Shown here piece after piece: positions 22,101 to 33,758 of a DNA stretch of 64,000 nucleotides (position 1 is its first letter; every line of letters begins with the position of its first letter). A program made the position numbers and the translations under genes. The DNA comes from Azolla caroliniana (Eukaryota > Plantae > Polypodiophyta), in NCBI GenBank assembly GCA_043228905.1, contig JBHGNT010000014.1, positions 4,836,001 through 4,900,000 on the forward strand, in the 5' to 3' direction. Below the pieces are notes generated by a model, which ran no database searches, was not told the origin of the DNA, and saw only the letters and a program-made list of their open reading frames with translations.

Positions 22101-23122
22101 ACCAGTCTCGCCTCTTCCGTATTTCCTAGATTTACCTCCTCTAGTTGGGATGCTTTAACCCGTTGCGATACGGCCATTTCTCTTTCCAGCGCCTCCTATG
22201 CTTGACATAGCTCCCGGATCACTTCTTTATTTGGTTCCTCGTCGGCTCCGTCCGGTTGTAGTATGTATGGTGATACGGCTTCGGCTACGTCGATTTCGAA
22301 CAGAGGTACGATCTTCGGATTATCCTGCAAGTATTGATCTACCTCTTCGTTTGCTAATCCGTCCAGCATATTGACGCATTCGGCATATAGGGGTGTCAAT
22401 TCCTTCCCAGTGCCCATCCGTGGTTGTGTCAGTACCTGTACTTTTGCTTTTCCCCGCCGGAAGGTGATTATATTCTTCCTCCAGTTTTGTTTAATGTGTG
22501 TCATTTTCAACCACGGCTGCCCCAACAATAGTGGGTAAGCTCCTTATGCATGTAGTTGTAGCACTACTGCCGAAATGCAAAATGTGTGGCCGGCGATCGT
22601 TACTTCCAAATCTCGTATCAAGCCAGTCGGTCGCACTAAGCTTGTATCCGCCATCCGCAACCAGAACTGGCATGGTTCCCACTCTTGGATTCCCAAGGTT
22701 TTGCACGTTGGGAAGCTAATCACATTGACGTCGAATCCTCCATCTATTACTGTTCCGGGTAACTCCTTTCCCTTCACAATGGTTGTGATTGTCGGATTGT
22801 TTGTGTCTACTACCGTCGGTCCCTCCTTCGGATTTGAGAAGAATGTTGGAGCCGGTGGTGTTTCTCCTGCCGTCATGCTTGTCTTGAGTCCTTCTGTGAA
22901 TATGGGCACTAGTTGTAGGAGCCGTCCTAATGGCAACGTGATTTGGCATTCCTGCAATGCCTGCCATGTCGCATTTTCGGGCTGACTGCCGCCGGCGAGC
23001 TCTTCGGTATTTTGCTTTTGTTGTGCAAGCTCGGCCATGTTTCACGCATTCGCCTTTTCTACCCATTCTGTAGCCTGCTTGCGGATGGCCTCTTGCGCCT
23101 CCCATTCCGTCACCTTACCCTT
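19151..23122 (-). pseudogene. Gypsy B pol (PR-RT-RH-IN), frameshifted
   Basis: ORF pieces 22544-23038, 22196-22528, 21803-22177, 21595-21936, 21167-21616 and 19151-21121 carry consecutive pol domains. Confidence 0.85.
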
Positions 23123-23591
23123 CGATCTGTTGAAAAACAGTGCTCGGCCACAACCGAGGAATAGGATCAACTCACAGAAAACGGGAAATACAAAGTGCAC
23201 GAGGACAATAGAGAGGAAGGTACACTGGATGTTTTACGTGGAAAACCCTAAATGGGAAAAACCACGGGAGTCCTCAAACTCCAACTATCACTATACACAG
23301 AGATGTACAATGGTGAAGCTACAAGGCAACAACCTTGAGCTCACTGTCTTCGCCACAGGCGGCGGTAATACACAGAGGCGTCGACCTCTTCCTTTCTCTC
23401 TCTCTCTCTCGGCTGCTCTCACTTCGCTCTCTCGGCTGAAAACATAAAATGAGCAACAACATTGAACTGTTTGCCCTAAGTCATATTTATACACATATGA
23501 CTTTCGGGCTATTTACAAATATAGCCTCAAGGGCTCTTGGCAAAACATATTCACAAATATGTCCCCGCATCCGGATCTCTCTCCGGGTACA

Positions 23592-23725
23592 TTCTTCATC
23601 CGGCTCCGTAACCGGGGTCTTCAGCATCCGGCTCCGTAGCCGGGGTATTCATCATCCGGCTCCGTAGCCGGGGTCTTCATCATCCAGCTCCGTAGCCGGG
23701 GTATTCATCATCCGGCTCTGTAACT
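23592..23725. repeat. 28-bp tandem repeats (about 4.7 units) in LTR U3; same array at about 28367-28500
   Basis: Unit ttcatcatccggctccgtagccggggt(a/c), period 28 (23648 to 23676). Each unit contains the mini inverted repeat ccggct..agccgg. Confidence 0.85.
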
Positions 23726-23797
23726 GCAACCGGGCTTGCCGTCATTCATCTCTGGACATCCCCTCCGGAGGGACCGAAATCCCAACAAACTCCCCCT

Positions 23798-26700
23798 TCA
23801 CTTCGGCATGGGATGTCTCTCCAATCCGATCCTCTTCCGGCATGCTTCCAGCTTGTCGGGTGTGAGCACTTTGGTCAGCATATCTGAGCCGTTCTCGTCC
23901 GTGTGGATCTTCGTCAGCACGAACTCCTGGTCTTCTATCCTTTCCCGGATCCAGTGATATCTTCGCTGGATGTGCTTCGTCCGGGAGTGATAGGCCGCGT
24001 TCTTCGCAAGGTGGATGGCACTCTGACTGTCGCAGTAGAGTCGGTACTCCTCCTGCCGGATACCGAGCTCTCTAATGAAGTCCTTCATCCATATCATTTC
24101 CTTGCTGGCTTCAACAGCCGCCATGTACTCCGCCTCCGTGGTTGACAACGCAACCGTCTTCTGCAGCCTCGACTGCCACGAAACAGCTCCCCCTGCATAC
24201 GTCATCACATACCCTGATGTGGACCGGCTGGTATCTGCATCAGCCGACATATCCGAATCGGTGAAGCCGTCGAGTTCGGGCTTACCGGAGCCGAATCGGA
24301 GGCACACGTTTGCCGTGCCTTTCAGGTATCGGAGTATCCACTTGACCGCGTTCCAGTGTTCTTTGCCGGGATTGCTCATGTACCGGCTCACCACTCCGAC
24401 TGCATATCCTATGTCCGGTCTTGTACACACCATTGCGTACATCAAGCTTCCGATGGCAGAGGCATATGGTACTTTCATCATGTCCTCTTTCTCAGCCTTT
24501 GTCTTGGGGCTTTGCTTGCTGGACAACTTGCAGTTTGCCGGGAGAGTTGATCCGACCGGTCTTGCTTCCGACATGTTGAACCGGTGAAGCACCTTTGTTA
24601 CGTACTTCTCCTGTGACAGCCACAACTGCTTCTTCTTCCGGTCTCGGATGATGTGCATCCCTAGTATTTGCCTCGCCGGACCCAGGTCCTTCATTGAGAA
24701 GGTTCGGTGAAGTGCCTTCTTCAGCATCCGTATCTTGCCCTGATCCCGTCCGACGATCAACATGTCATCCACGTACAGGAGGAGTATTAGAGAGTCTCCT
24801 CCTTCGAACTTCTTCACAAACACGCAGTGATCGGACTGCGTTTTGTGGTACCCTTCGTCGGTCATGAAGGAGTCGAACTTCCGGTACCATTGCCGGGGAG
24901 CCTGCTTCAGTCCGTAAAGGCTCTTCTTCAACCGGCATACCAGGTGCTCCTTCCCTTTCTTCTCGAATCCTTCCGGTTGCTGCATGTAGATCTCTTCTTC
25001 GAGGTCACCGTGAAGGAATGCCGTCTTCACGTCCATCTGTTCTACCTCGAGGTCCATGCTTGCCGCTATGCTCAGCACCGTCCGGATGGAGGTCATCTTC
25101 ACTACCGGGGCAAATATCTCGTCGAAGTCGACGCCCTTCTTCTGCTGGAACCCCTTCACCACGATCCTGGCTTTGTATCTCGGGGGGTTTCCGGCATCTC
25201 CCGGTTTCAGCTTGAACACCCACTTGTTTCGAAGTGCCCGCTTTCCTTTCGGCAACTCCATAAGTTCATATGTGTGGTTCTCATGCAGGGAATCCATCTC
25301 CTCCTGCATGGCACTTAACCACCTGCGGCTATGGGTGTCAAGTTTTGCTTCTTCAAAACTCTCCGGCTCCCCCTCGTCGGTTAGCAACACGTGCTCTGGT
25401 TCCGGAAATCTCCGGGGGGCCCTTCTCTCTCTTAGGGGATATCTCCGTTCCGGAGCTTCGGTAACTGGCTCCTCCGTTTCCTCTTCATCCGAATCCATTT
25501 CGGGATCAGGGCCGGTTCCGGTATCAGTTTCATCTTCCTCGGCCGGTTCTGTTTCTTCACCGTCTTCGGCCGGATCCTCGAGTGCTAACCGGTCCCTTGC
25601 CGGTCGGGACTGCTCCTCGTAGAGTTTATCCTCACCGGTCGACTTGGAGCTCTTCATCTTCTTCTCCGACTCCCAGTCGGCGAGTGTCTTGTCCTCCATG
25701 AAGATGATATCTCGACTCCTGAATATCTTCTTGTCGACCGGGTCCCATACTCGGTAGCCGAACTCGTCGTCGCCGTAACCGAGGAATATGCATGGCCGGG
25801 TCTTTGGATCTAACTTTCCTCTCCGGTCCTTTGCCACATGCACGTATGCGAGACACCCGAACACCTTCAGATGCCGGTAGGACACTTCCTTACCGGTCCA
25901 CACTTTCTGCGGCGTGTCTCCGTCCAAAGGTACTGAGGGTGATCTATTTATCACATACGTCGCCGTCGACATTGCCTCAGCCCAAAATCCCTTGGGTAAT
26001 TTTGCATGCGCCAGCATACTCCGGACCCTCTCCATTATGGTCCGGTTCATCCTCTCGGCCAGCCCGTTCAGTTCCGGTGTCTTCGGCACAGTAAACTCGA
26101 GCCGGATTCCCTTCGAGCGACAGTACTCCTGGAACTGCCCCCAGTATTTCCCTCCGTTATCCGCTCGTATCGCTTTCAGCTTCTTGCCGGATTCCCTTTC
26201 CACTCTCGCGTGAAGTTCTTTGAAGACGCACAACACTTGGTCCTTTGTCTTCAACGATGCCGTCCACAGCTTCCGGCTGTGGTCATCAATGAATGTCACG
26301 AAGTACTGGGCTCCGCCATGTGACTTCGTTTCTACTTGACACACGTCAGTGTGCACCAGCTCCAATGGTGCGCTACGTCTCGTCGGTGGCCTTGAGTGGA
26401 AGGAGGTCCGGTTTTGCTTACCGGCCAGGCAGTCGGTGCACTTCTCCAGGTGCACATGCTTCACTGGAATAAGGTTGTCTTCTGCAAGCCTCTTCATCCC
26501 CTTCTCACTCATGTGGCACAGTCTCTTGTGCCACAGCTCACCGGCAGTGTCAGCTGCCACGTTCAGCTCCTCCGGACATAGCCGGGAATTCATCAGGTAC
26601 AGTGTGTTGACCTTCCGGGCCCGAGCCACTATCAAGCTCCCCTTGCTGAACTTCATGACACCGTTCCGGATGCTACCCGTGTAGCCTTCATCGTCTAGCC

Positions 26701-27871
26701 TCCCGGCCGAAATCAGGTTCAATCGAACCTCCGGAACGTGTCGGACATCCTTCAGCAGCATCTTGCATCCGGTTGATGTCATCAGCCACACGTCTCCTAT
26801 GCCGGCAATCCGGCATGTACCTTCATTTCCCATCCGGACACAGCTGTGCTCACCGGCTGTGTAGGATGAGAAGTATTTCTTCTCCGGGGTCAGATGGAAC
26901 GATGCTCCGGAATCGACCACCCAGGTCATCTCCTCACCGGCAAGGTTCAGCTCCGTCTCTTCGGTAATGAGCATTATCTCTTCTTCACTTGCCGCGAGTG
27001 CTGTCGTTCCTTTCCGGTCCTGCCCTCGCCGATCCGGACCTCTCCGGTCCGTGGCTCCCCGGTATGCACCGTTTCTCTCCGGTGACTTCTTCGAATCGGT
27101 GTCGTCGGCTCCGTTGTCCTTTCGGTAATGCCGACAATTCTTCCGGAAGTGCCCCGGCTTCCCACAGTGGAAGCATGTGGGCCTTCCTCTTGACTGCGAC
27201 CGGGTCCCCGACTTCTCCCGTCTTTGCGGACTCCGGTTCCATTGTCTTCCCCGATCGGATTCGGTAAGCAGCATCTTCGGATCGGAAACCGGTTCTTTAT
27301 CTTTTCGACGCGCTTCTTCGTTCAAAATGCTTGTCTTTACCGTTTGTAGAGACAAGTTATCTTCGGTGCAGGAGGTGCTGAGAGTCACCACCAAGTTCTC
27401 CCAGCTTTCCGGCAATGTACACATCAGAATGATGGCTTGCATTGCATCCTCCAACGGGAACTTGATCGCCGCAAGCTGGTTCACGAATCCCATGAACGTG
27501 CTCACGTGTTCCACCATATTCTCGCCGTCCCGGTACTTGAGGTTCACAATCTTCCTCATCAGGGAGGTCCGGTTCAACGCATTCTTCCTCTCGTAGAGGC
27601 CCGACAGCTTCTTCCACATCTCATATGCGTTGGTGTCGTTCGCCACATGTTGTAGAACGCTTACATCGACATATTGCCGGATCGTCGCTACGGCTTTCCG
27701 GTTCAGGAGCTTCCACTCCGACTCTATTACTCCCTTGGGTACCTCGGCATTGTCGATCGGTTCGTACAGGTCTCGGACGATGAGAAGGTCTTCCATCTTT
27801 ATCTTCCAATCGGCGTAGTTCTGTGAGTTCAACACCATCATGCCCGGAGGCCCACTACCGCCGCCTTCCAT
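23798..27871 (-). CDS. Copia gag-pol polyprotein, uninterrupted (about 1357 aa)
   Basis: MEGGGSG start, zinc knuckle CFHCGKPGHFRKNC, PR WVVDSGAS, IN HHCC + VHTD/ADNGG/LAER, RT LYVDDML, RNase H TDSD/TEAEY/CDSQ/SDMLTK. Confidence 0.95.
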   Translation of the reverse strand: MEGGGSGPPGMMVLNSQNYADWKIKMEDLLIVRDLYEPIDNAEVPKGVIESEWKLLNRKAVATIRQYVDVSVLQHVANDTNAYEMWKKLSGLYERKNALNRTSLMRKIVNLKYRDGENMVEHVSTFMGFVNQLAAIKFPLEDAMQAIILMCTLPESWENLVVTLSTSCTEDNLSLQTVKTSILNEEARRKDKEPVSDPKMLLTESDRGRQWNRSPQRREKSGTRSQSRGRPTCFHCGKPGHFRKNCRHYRKDNGADDTDSKKSPERNGAYRGATDRRGPDRRGQDRKGTTALAASEEEIMLITEETELNLAGEEMTWVVDSGASFHLTPEKKYFSSYTAGEHSCVRMGNEGTCRIAGIGDVWLMTSTGCKMLLKDVRHVPEVRLNLISAGRLDDEGYTGSIRNGVMKFSKGSLIVARARKVNTLYLMNSRLCPEELNVAADTAGELWHKRLCHMSEKGMKRLAEDNLIPVKHVHLEKCTDCLAGKQNRTSFHSRPPTRRSAPLELVHTDVCQVETKSHGGAQYFVTFIDDHSRKLWTASLKTKDQVLCVFKELHARVERESGKKLKAIRADNGGKYWGQFQEYCRSKGIRLEFTVPKTPELNGLAERMNRTIMERVRSMLAHAKLPKGFWAEAMSTATYVINRSPSVPLDGDTPQKVWTGKEVSYRHLKVFGCLAYVHVAKDRRGKLDPKTRPCIFLGYGDDEFGYRVWDPVDKKIFRSRDIIFMEDKTLADWESEKKMKSSKSTGEDKLYEEQSRPARDRLALEDPAEDGEETEPAEEDETDTGTGPDPEMDSDEEETEEPVTEAPERRYPLRERRAPRRFPEPEHVLLTDEGEPESFEEAKLDTHSRRWLSAMQEEMDSLHENHTYELMELPKGKRALRNKWVFKLKPGDAGNPPRYKARIVVKGFQQKKGVDFDEIFAPVVKMTSIRTVLSIAASMDLEVEQMDVKTAFLHGDLEEEIYMQQPEGFEKKGKEHLVCRLKKSLYGLKQAPRQWYRKFDSFMTDEGYHKTQSDHCVFVKKFEGGDSLILLLYVDDMLIVGRDQGKIRMLKKALHRTFSMKDLGPARQILGMHIIRDRKKKQLWLSQEKYVTKVLHRFNMSEARPVGSTLPANCKLSSKQSPKTKAEKEDMMKVPYASAIGSLMYAMVCTRPDIGYAVGVVSRYMSNPGKEHWNAVKWILRYLKGTANVCLRFGSGKPELDGFTDSDMSADADTSRSTSGYVMTYAGGAVSWQSRLQKTVALSTTEAEYMAAVEASKEMIWMKDFIRELGIRQEEYRLYCDSQSAIHLAKNAAYHSRTKHIQRRYHWIRERIEDQEFVLTKIHTDENGSDMLTKVLTPDKLEACRKRIGLERHPMPK

Positions 27872-30800
27872 TTTCTGTGTTACCGTCGCTCTGATACCAA
27901 TTTGTTGAAAAACAGTGCTCGGCCACAACCGAGGAATAGGATCAACTCACAGAAAACGGGAAATACAAAGTGCACGAGGACAATAGAGAGGAAGGTACAC
28001 TGGATGTTTTACGTGGAAAACCCTAAATGGGAAAAACCACGGGAGTCCTCAAACTCCAACTATCACTATACACAGAGATGTACAATGGTGAAGCTACAAG
28101 GCAACAACCTTGAGCTCACTGTCTTCGCCACAGGCGGCGGTAATACACAGAGGCGTCGACCTCTTCCTTTCTCTCTCTCTCTCTCGGCTGCTCTCACTTC
28201 GCTCTCTCGGCTGAAAACATAAAATGAGCAACAACATTGAACTGTTTGCCCTAAGTCATATTTATACACATATGACTTTCGGGCTATTTACAAATATAGC
28301 CTCAAGGGCTCTTGGCAAAACATATTCACAAATATGTCCCCGCATCCGGATCTCTCTCCGGGTACATTCTTCATCCGGCTCCGTAACCGGGGTCTTCAAC
28401 ATCCGGCTCCGTAGCCGGGGTATTCATCATCCGGCTCCGTAGCCGGGGTCTTCATCATCCGGCTCCGTAGCCGGGGTATTCATCATCCGGCTCCGTAACC
28501 GCAACCGGGCTTGCCGTCATTCATCTCTGGACATCCCATCCGGAGGGACCGAAATCCCAACACGATCTTGTGGTTACCTGCTGCAAGTCTGCGACTTCAG
28601 CGACTACCATGTTCACCGTCGGTTGTTTATCATAGCTCTTTGCCGGGCATTGATTACTATAATGTCCTTCTTGTCGGCAATAGTAGCAATATGCTTTCCG
28701 GGTAGTGCTGGATTCGGCGTTGTTTCCTGCCCCCGGTGGAGGACCTGTGGTAACGGCGGGGCTTTGATCCGGTTGGCTGCTTGAGGCGCCCTTCTCCGGT
28801 TCCTGTAGGTAACCGCTTTTCTTGAAATGGCGTTTCTTTTTGTTTCGATACTCTTGATGGGGTTGGTCATCATGTCTACCGTAGGCTTCCCGTCGGTTGT
28901 AACCGGGGGATTGGTCCCGATTGTATCTTTCATACCGTCCATTATCATCCCGATACCGATCATATCTATCATACCGGTCATAGTTGTCCCTGTACCGGAC
29001 ATCCTGTGCCGGTCGGTATCGCTCTTCTCGCCTCCAACGTTCTTCTTCCTCCTCCTTAGTACTCCGTGGTTCGATTTGCCAAACCAGTGGTGCTTGGCGA
29101 TTCAACAAATTGTACTCGCACTGCTCCATTGTGTGGTTCCTGGAATGGCACAGTAGACATTGCGACTGCATGGTACATTCTAGTGATGAGTGTCCAACAT
29201 TTAGGCATGTTGTGCATTGAATGGCCTGTCGAAACCGGAGATCCTCATCGGTTGGTAACGCTCGTTGGAGTGCTCCCATTGTTAGCCAAGAGCTTGTTTT
29301 CTCCATTTCTCTAACCCGGTCGATGACCTGGTCGACGGTACTTGTGTGAAAGTCGATGACCGTGCATACCGTACATAGAGGTTCCCGGAGCACGACTAAG
29401 AATATAGCCCATGTTTCTTCCTCCGGAGGTGTTCGGGTAAGCTGATTGTGCATCCGTTGAAACCGGATGACAAATTGCGGAATGCTCTCCCCAGGGTCCT
29501 ACCGGATGGTATAAAATAGGCCCACCATTTCTCTTTGGTCTGCCTCCTTTTGAAAGAAGTGCAAGAATTTATTTTTCAGGTCCGCAAAGGTGGTGATGGT
29601 GCTGGGGTCTTGCGTCCAGTGCCATCTGGCGGCCGGTCCTTCCAATGTCACGCCGAATTCGGCTATCTTAGATCGTTCCTCTTCGGTTGCGGTTAACCGT
29701 TGTGACACATGGTTCACCTCCCATGTTTGTTGAAAAGCGTGAACATGAGCCTCCGCGTCCGGGTCATCCCTATACTTGGGGTACTGGAACGGCATGTCGT
29801 CGTCTAGTGTCGGTGCGCGGGCTGGCGGTGTCAGTGGTCTTTCCTGCTCTTCCGTCGGCATCGGAGGTCATTGCTGGTCCTCTGTCGGAGTCGGAGGTCT
29901 TTGTCGGTCCTCTGTCGATGTCGGAGGTCTGTGTTCCTCCTCCTTCGGTGTTGCCGGCTTCTCCTCCTCGACTTTCGATGTCAGAGGTCTTTCTTTGTAC
30001 TCTTCCGGCTCCGGAGGTTGCTCCACGTCTAGTGCCAGAGGTTCTCGGTCTGACAATTCTAGTTCCGGTGTCGGTAATGTATCCGACTCCTCGTCCTCCG
30101 GTCCTCCTGGGGTGTCGTTACTGCTGCGATAGTTCGTGTGCGCGTTGTAACCCCCTTCCGAATCCGATTCTAGCGCCGAAAATGCTTTGGATTCGCCGTC
30201 TCCTCCGGCCAAGGCCTGGAGAAGGGATTCCGCTTCCCGGAGACTGCTTAAGCTGCTTCCTTCGTCCGGGTAGGCGTTTTGTTGCAGACGGAGCAACTCC
30301 TCCGCCACTTTCCGGATAACTTTGGAAAATGATCGATTTGATCGGATTTCTTCTGCCGCTTGCTAGAAAGCCTCTCGCCGCCTTCGCCGTTCAGCAAGTC
30401 TTCTTGCTCTCTCCGTAACCGAGTCATCCGTTGGCCTAGTCATCCATTCCCGTCATTGTTCACTGCGATTGTGCAGGAATCATGGTCGCCAAAAACTGCG
30501 TTAATCCTTAGGGCCGGACAATAGCCTAACACAGGGTGTCCACTTAAGACACTTCACCAAAGAGTGTACGATGAGATAACTTACGACACAACGCTTAATT
30601 GGACCTTAATCGGTTACTTAGCAATACATCATTAACACGCGTAAGATATACAATAAGCACAGAACGGTGAACAATACTCAATGATTAAACTAAAGGTTTA
30701 TATTACTCTCCGTTAATGACTACATTGTAACCGGGCCTTTATATAGGTCACTGGTGCGAAGTACAAAACGGTGCCAACCGGCACCTATTCGGGATCGGTC

Positions 30801-30942
30801 CGGATCCGGATCGGCATACCGATTCCGGTCCGTCTGTCCACATCTTCTCATATATTAATATATATATTAAGATTAGTAATTTCAACAGATTACCAAATAA
30901 CAATTCCCCTTTTCACACCCTAGTCTTTGTCGGCCGGGTAAC

Positions 30943-31175
30943 ATAAACATACATCCATTGGATATAGTCCTTTTATCTTGATGTATGGTTTTCAGCGACA
31001 TGCCCCAGTTGATGTCACGATTCATCGTGATACATTAGAGAGTACATGCAATTTTTTGCAAGACATAAACCAAATGTTGCATATTGCCAAAGAGAATGTC
31101 AAGACGGCTCAAATCGTGCTCGACTTTTTGCCGATTGGGATAGATGTCCTCGTGCATTTACTATTGGTCAAAAAG
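30943..31175 (+). mobile_element. Inverted copy of chromovirus integrase segment (about 31764-31996)
   Basis: ORF 30978-31361 MMYGFQRHAPVDVTIHRDTLESTCNFLQD mirrors minus-strand 31591-31965 MLMYGFQPCALVDVTIHRDTLESTCNFLQD. Confidence 0.8.
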
Positions 31176-31903
31176 GCTCTCCATTCATTGGTTGTCCAAA
31201 TCATGATAGTGCATGCACCTATCATTCCTTCTATCCAATCATTAGTCCCCTTTTTAACATTAGTGAACATACCCTTCACTAATGTAAATATTGGTGACAT
31301 ACCCTCACCAACGTTATGTGTACATAACATACTCCCCTACTTCAAAAGATTGCACTCTTGAAATATAAAGTGAGGAAATTGTGCCTTAAGAGTATGCTCG
31401 CGTTCCCATGTGGCATCATCAATAGGTTTATCCATCCATTTGATCTTGAATAGCCGAATCTCTTTAGAACGTAAACGTTTAGTACGAGAATTAAGAATTC
31501 GTTTAGGAACGTGAGGTTTGTAAGAAAAATCCTCTAATGTTACAAGATCTTGGATTGTGATGGTGTTATCACCAGAGCCTAAAAATGGTTTTAGACGACT
31601 GACGTGAAAAACAGGATGAATACCAACACTCCGGCGTAAGGCAAGGTGATAAGTAGATGACCCAACCCGCTTAAGGATTTCAAATGGGCCACAATATCGT
31701 GGGGATAACTTAGCGCACTTGCCCGTAGACAATGACGTAGAGTTAGTTGGGACACACAAAAAAACTTTTTGACCAATAGTACATGCACGAGGACATCTAT
31801 CCTGATCAGCATAAAATCGAGCATGATCTTGAGTTGTCTTGACATTCTCTTTGGCAATATGCAACATTTGTTCATGTCTTGCAAAAAATTGCATGTACTC
31901 TCT

Positions 31904-33758
31904 AATGTATCACGATGAATTGTAACATCAACTAGGGCACATGGCTGAAAACCATACATCAACATAAAAGGACTATATCCAATGGATATATGTTTAGAGC
32001 TATTATAGGCAAATTCTAAGATAGGAAGGTATTGCTACCACTTGGATGGGGTTTTTGCTATATACTTGGATGGGGTTTTTGCTATATAAACTCGAAGCAT
32101 GTCCTCAATTATTTGATTAACTCGTTCAGTTTGTCCATCAGACTGAGGATGATCTACGGAACTAATGCTCAACGTTGTCGTAGTGTATTTCGTACACTAC
32201 ATGAAAAAGTAAAAATAATATAACCGATTTAATTACATATAAATAAATAAAATAAGAATATCAAAATATTTATCACGTCCATAAGGCAAGATTCAAACCC
32301 TATACCTCCACATAGCCAAACCTCAACTTTACCATTATGCTACGTTATCTTTAGTGTTCTACAAATAGATTTAATAACTATAAGTGCTTTATTTGCGCCT
32401 ACCTTTATTAAAAGGTAAATCATGCATTTTTAGAGTGCGTGAATATTTTATAGAAAAACGCAAACAACTAAAAAGTGACTCATGCACATCTAGCGTGCAT
32501 GAGCACTATATTTAGCAAATAAAAGCAAGGATTAGAAAAGCATCACATGCACATTTAGTGTGCATGAACATATTAGAAAAAGCATGTAGCTATGCTTAGT
32601 CTCTTCCATCACTATATAAGGATGGGGAGCACAATGTAATAGGTGTGTGAAATATTTGGAAATTGGATATATTTCCGAAAACACCAACCGATTAATATAA
32701 TTGTGGGATTCACAAGTTTCTTATATCTTTCTTTCAATCTAAATACATATTCTTATCTAAATATTGATTAATCGAATACAATACACTCGTGGGATTCACG
32801 AAATTTCTATCTCTCTTTCTAATAATCTATTCATTACTAGCCTCATCTCATATTCTTCTTTCTCCTAGTCCAAAACCTCAGTGGTTCCCACCCGACTCAC
32901 GCAACGATTCGGCGCCGAAAGGCACGACAACGTAGTTTCTAGTTTCTTAAAGACTTGAGTCCAAAAGTCACTAGTAAACTTGGACTCTCGATCACTAACA
33001 ATATCCATCGGTAATCCATAAAAACGAAATAACTCATCAACAAATGTATCACGATGAATTGTAACATCAATTGGGGCACGTGGCTGAAAACCATACATCA
33101 ACATAAAAGGACTATATCCAATGGATATATGTTTAGAGCTATTATAGGCAAATTCTAAGATAGGAAGGTATTGCTACCACTTGGACGGGGTTTTTGCTAT
33201 ATAAGCTCAAAGCATGTCCTCAATAATTTGATTAACTCGTTCAGTTTGTCCATCAGACTGAGGATGATCTACAGAACTCATGATCAACGTAGTTTCTAGT
33301 TTCTTAAAGACTTGAGTCCAAAAGTCACTAGTAAACTTGGAATCTCGATCACTAACAATATCCATCGGTAATCCATAAAAACGAAATAACTCATCAACAA
33401 ATGTATCACGATGAATTGTAACATCAACTAGGGCACGTGGCTGAAAACCATACATCAACATAAAAGGATTATATCCAATGGATATATGTTTAGAGCTATT
33501 ATAGGCAAATTCTAAGATAGGAAGGTATTGCTACCACTTCAACGAGGGTTTTGCTATATAAGCTCGAAGCATGTCCTCAATAATTTGATTAACTCGTTCA
33601 GTTTGTCCATCAGACCGAGGATGATCTACGGAACTCATGCTCAACGTAGTTTCTAGTTTCTTAAAGACTTGAGTCCAAAAGTCACTATTAAACTTGGAAT
33701 CTCGATCACTAACAATATCCATCGGTAATCCATAAAAACGAAATAACTCATCAACAAA
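31904..33758 (-). repeat. Three tandem 357-bp copies of chromovirus integrase core
   Basis: aactcatcaacaaat recurs at 33031, 33388 and 33745 (period 357). The leftmost copy is split by the solo LTR and has a 24-bp internal duplication at 32041-32088. Confidence 0.88.
32176..32929 (+). mobile_element. Solo LTR (TGTCGT..ACGACA) with 4-bp TSD ACGT
   Basis: Flanks acgt at 32172-32175 and 32930-32933. The uninterrupted sister copies read gctcaacgtagtttct. TATA actatataag at about 32611. Ends resemble LTR C. Confidence 0.8.

Larger units (their letters stand above)
23128..28562 (-). mobile_element. Intact Ty1/Copia LTR retrotransposon (Tnt1/Tork-like), TSD CGATC
   Basis: 660-bp LTRs at 23128-23787 and 27903-28562 (TG..CA), with about 5 differences by eye. 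TSD cgatc at 23123-23127 and 28563-28567. PBS tggtatcagagc at 27899-27888, PPT gaagggggag at about 23799-23790. Inserted in Gypsy B (QVTTRS|KGKVTEWE). Confidence 0.97.
17631..30942 (-). mobile_element. Non-chromovirus Ty3/Gypsy element B (Athila/OTA-like), decayed, 3' LTR missing, interrupted by Copia
   Basis: 5' LTR about 30942-30497 (TGTTACCC..), PBS tttttggcgacc at about 30495. Gag from 30443 with CYYCRQEGHYSNQC, protease VIDGG, RT YLDDF, RNase H FVDASD, integrase HHCC and PFQKWGLDFVGP..ANGLAE. No chromodomain. Several frameshifts and stops. Confidence 0.9.

Noticed and set aside
23903-27818. Many plus-strand and alternate-frame ORFs over the Copia (and over Gypsy B)
   Set aside because: These are shadow ORFs of GC-rich retrotransposon coding sequence, with no motifs of their own.
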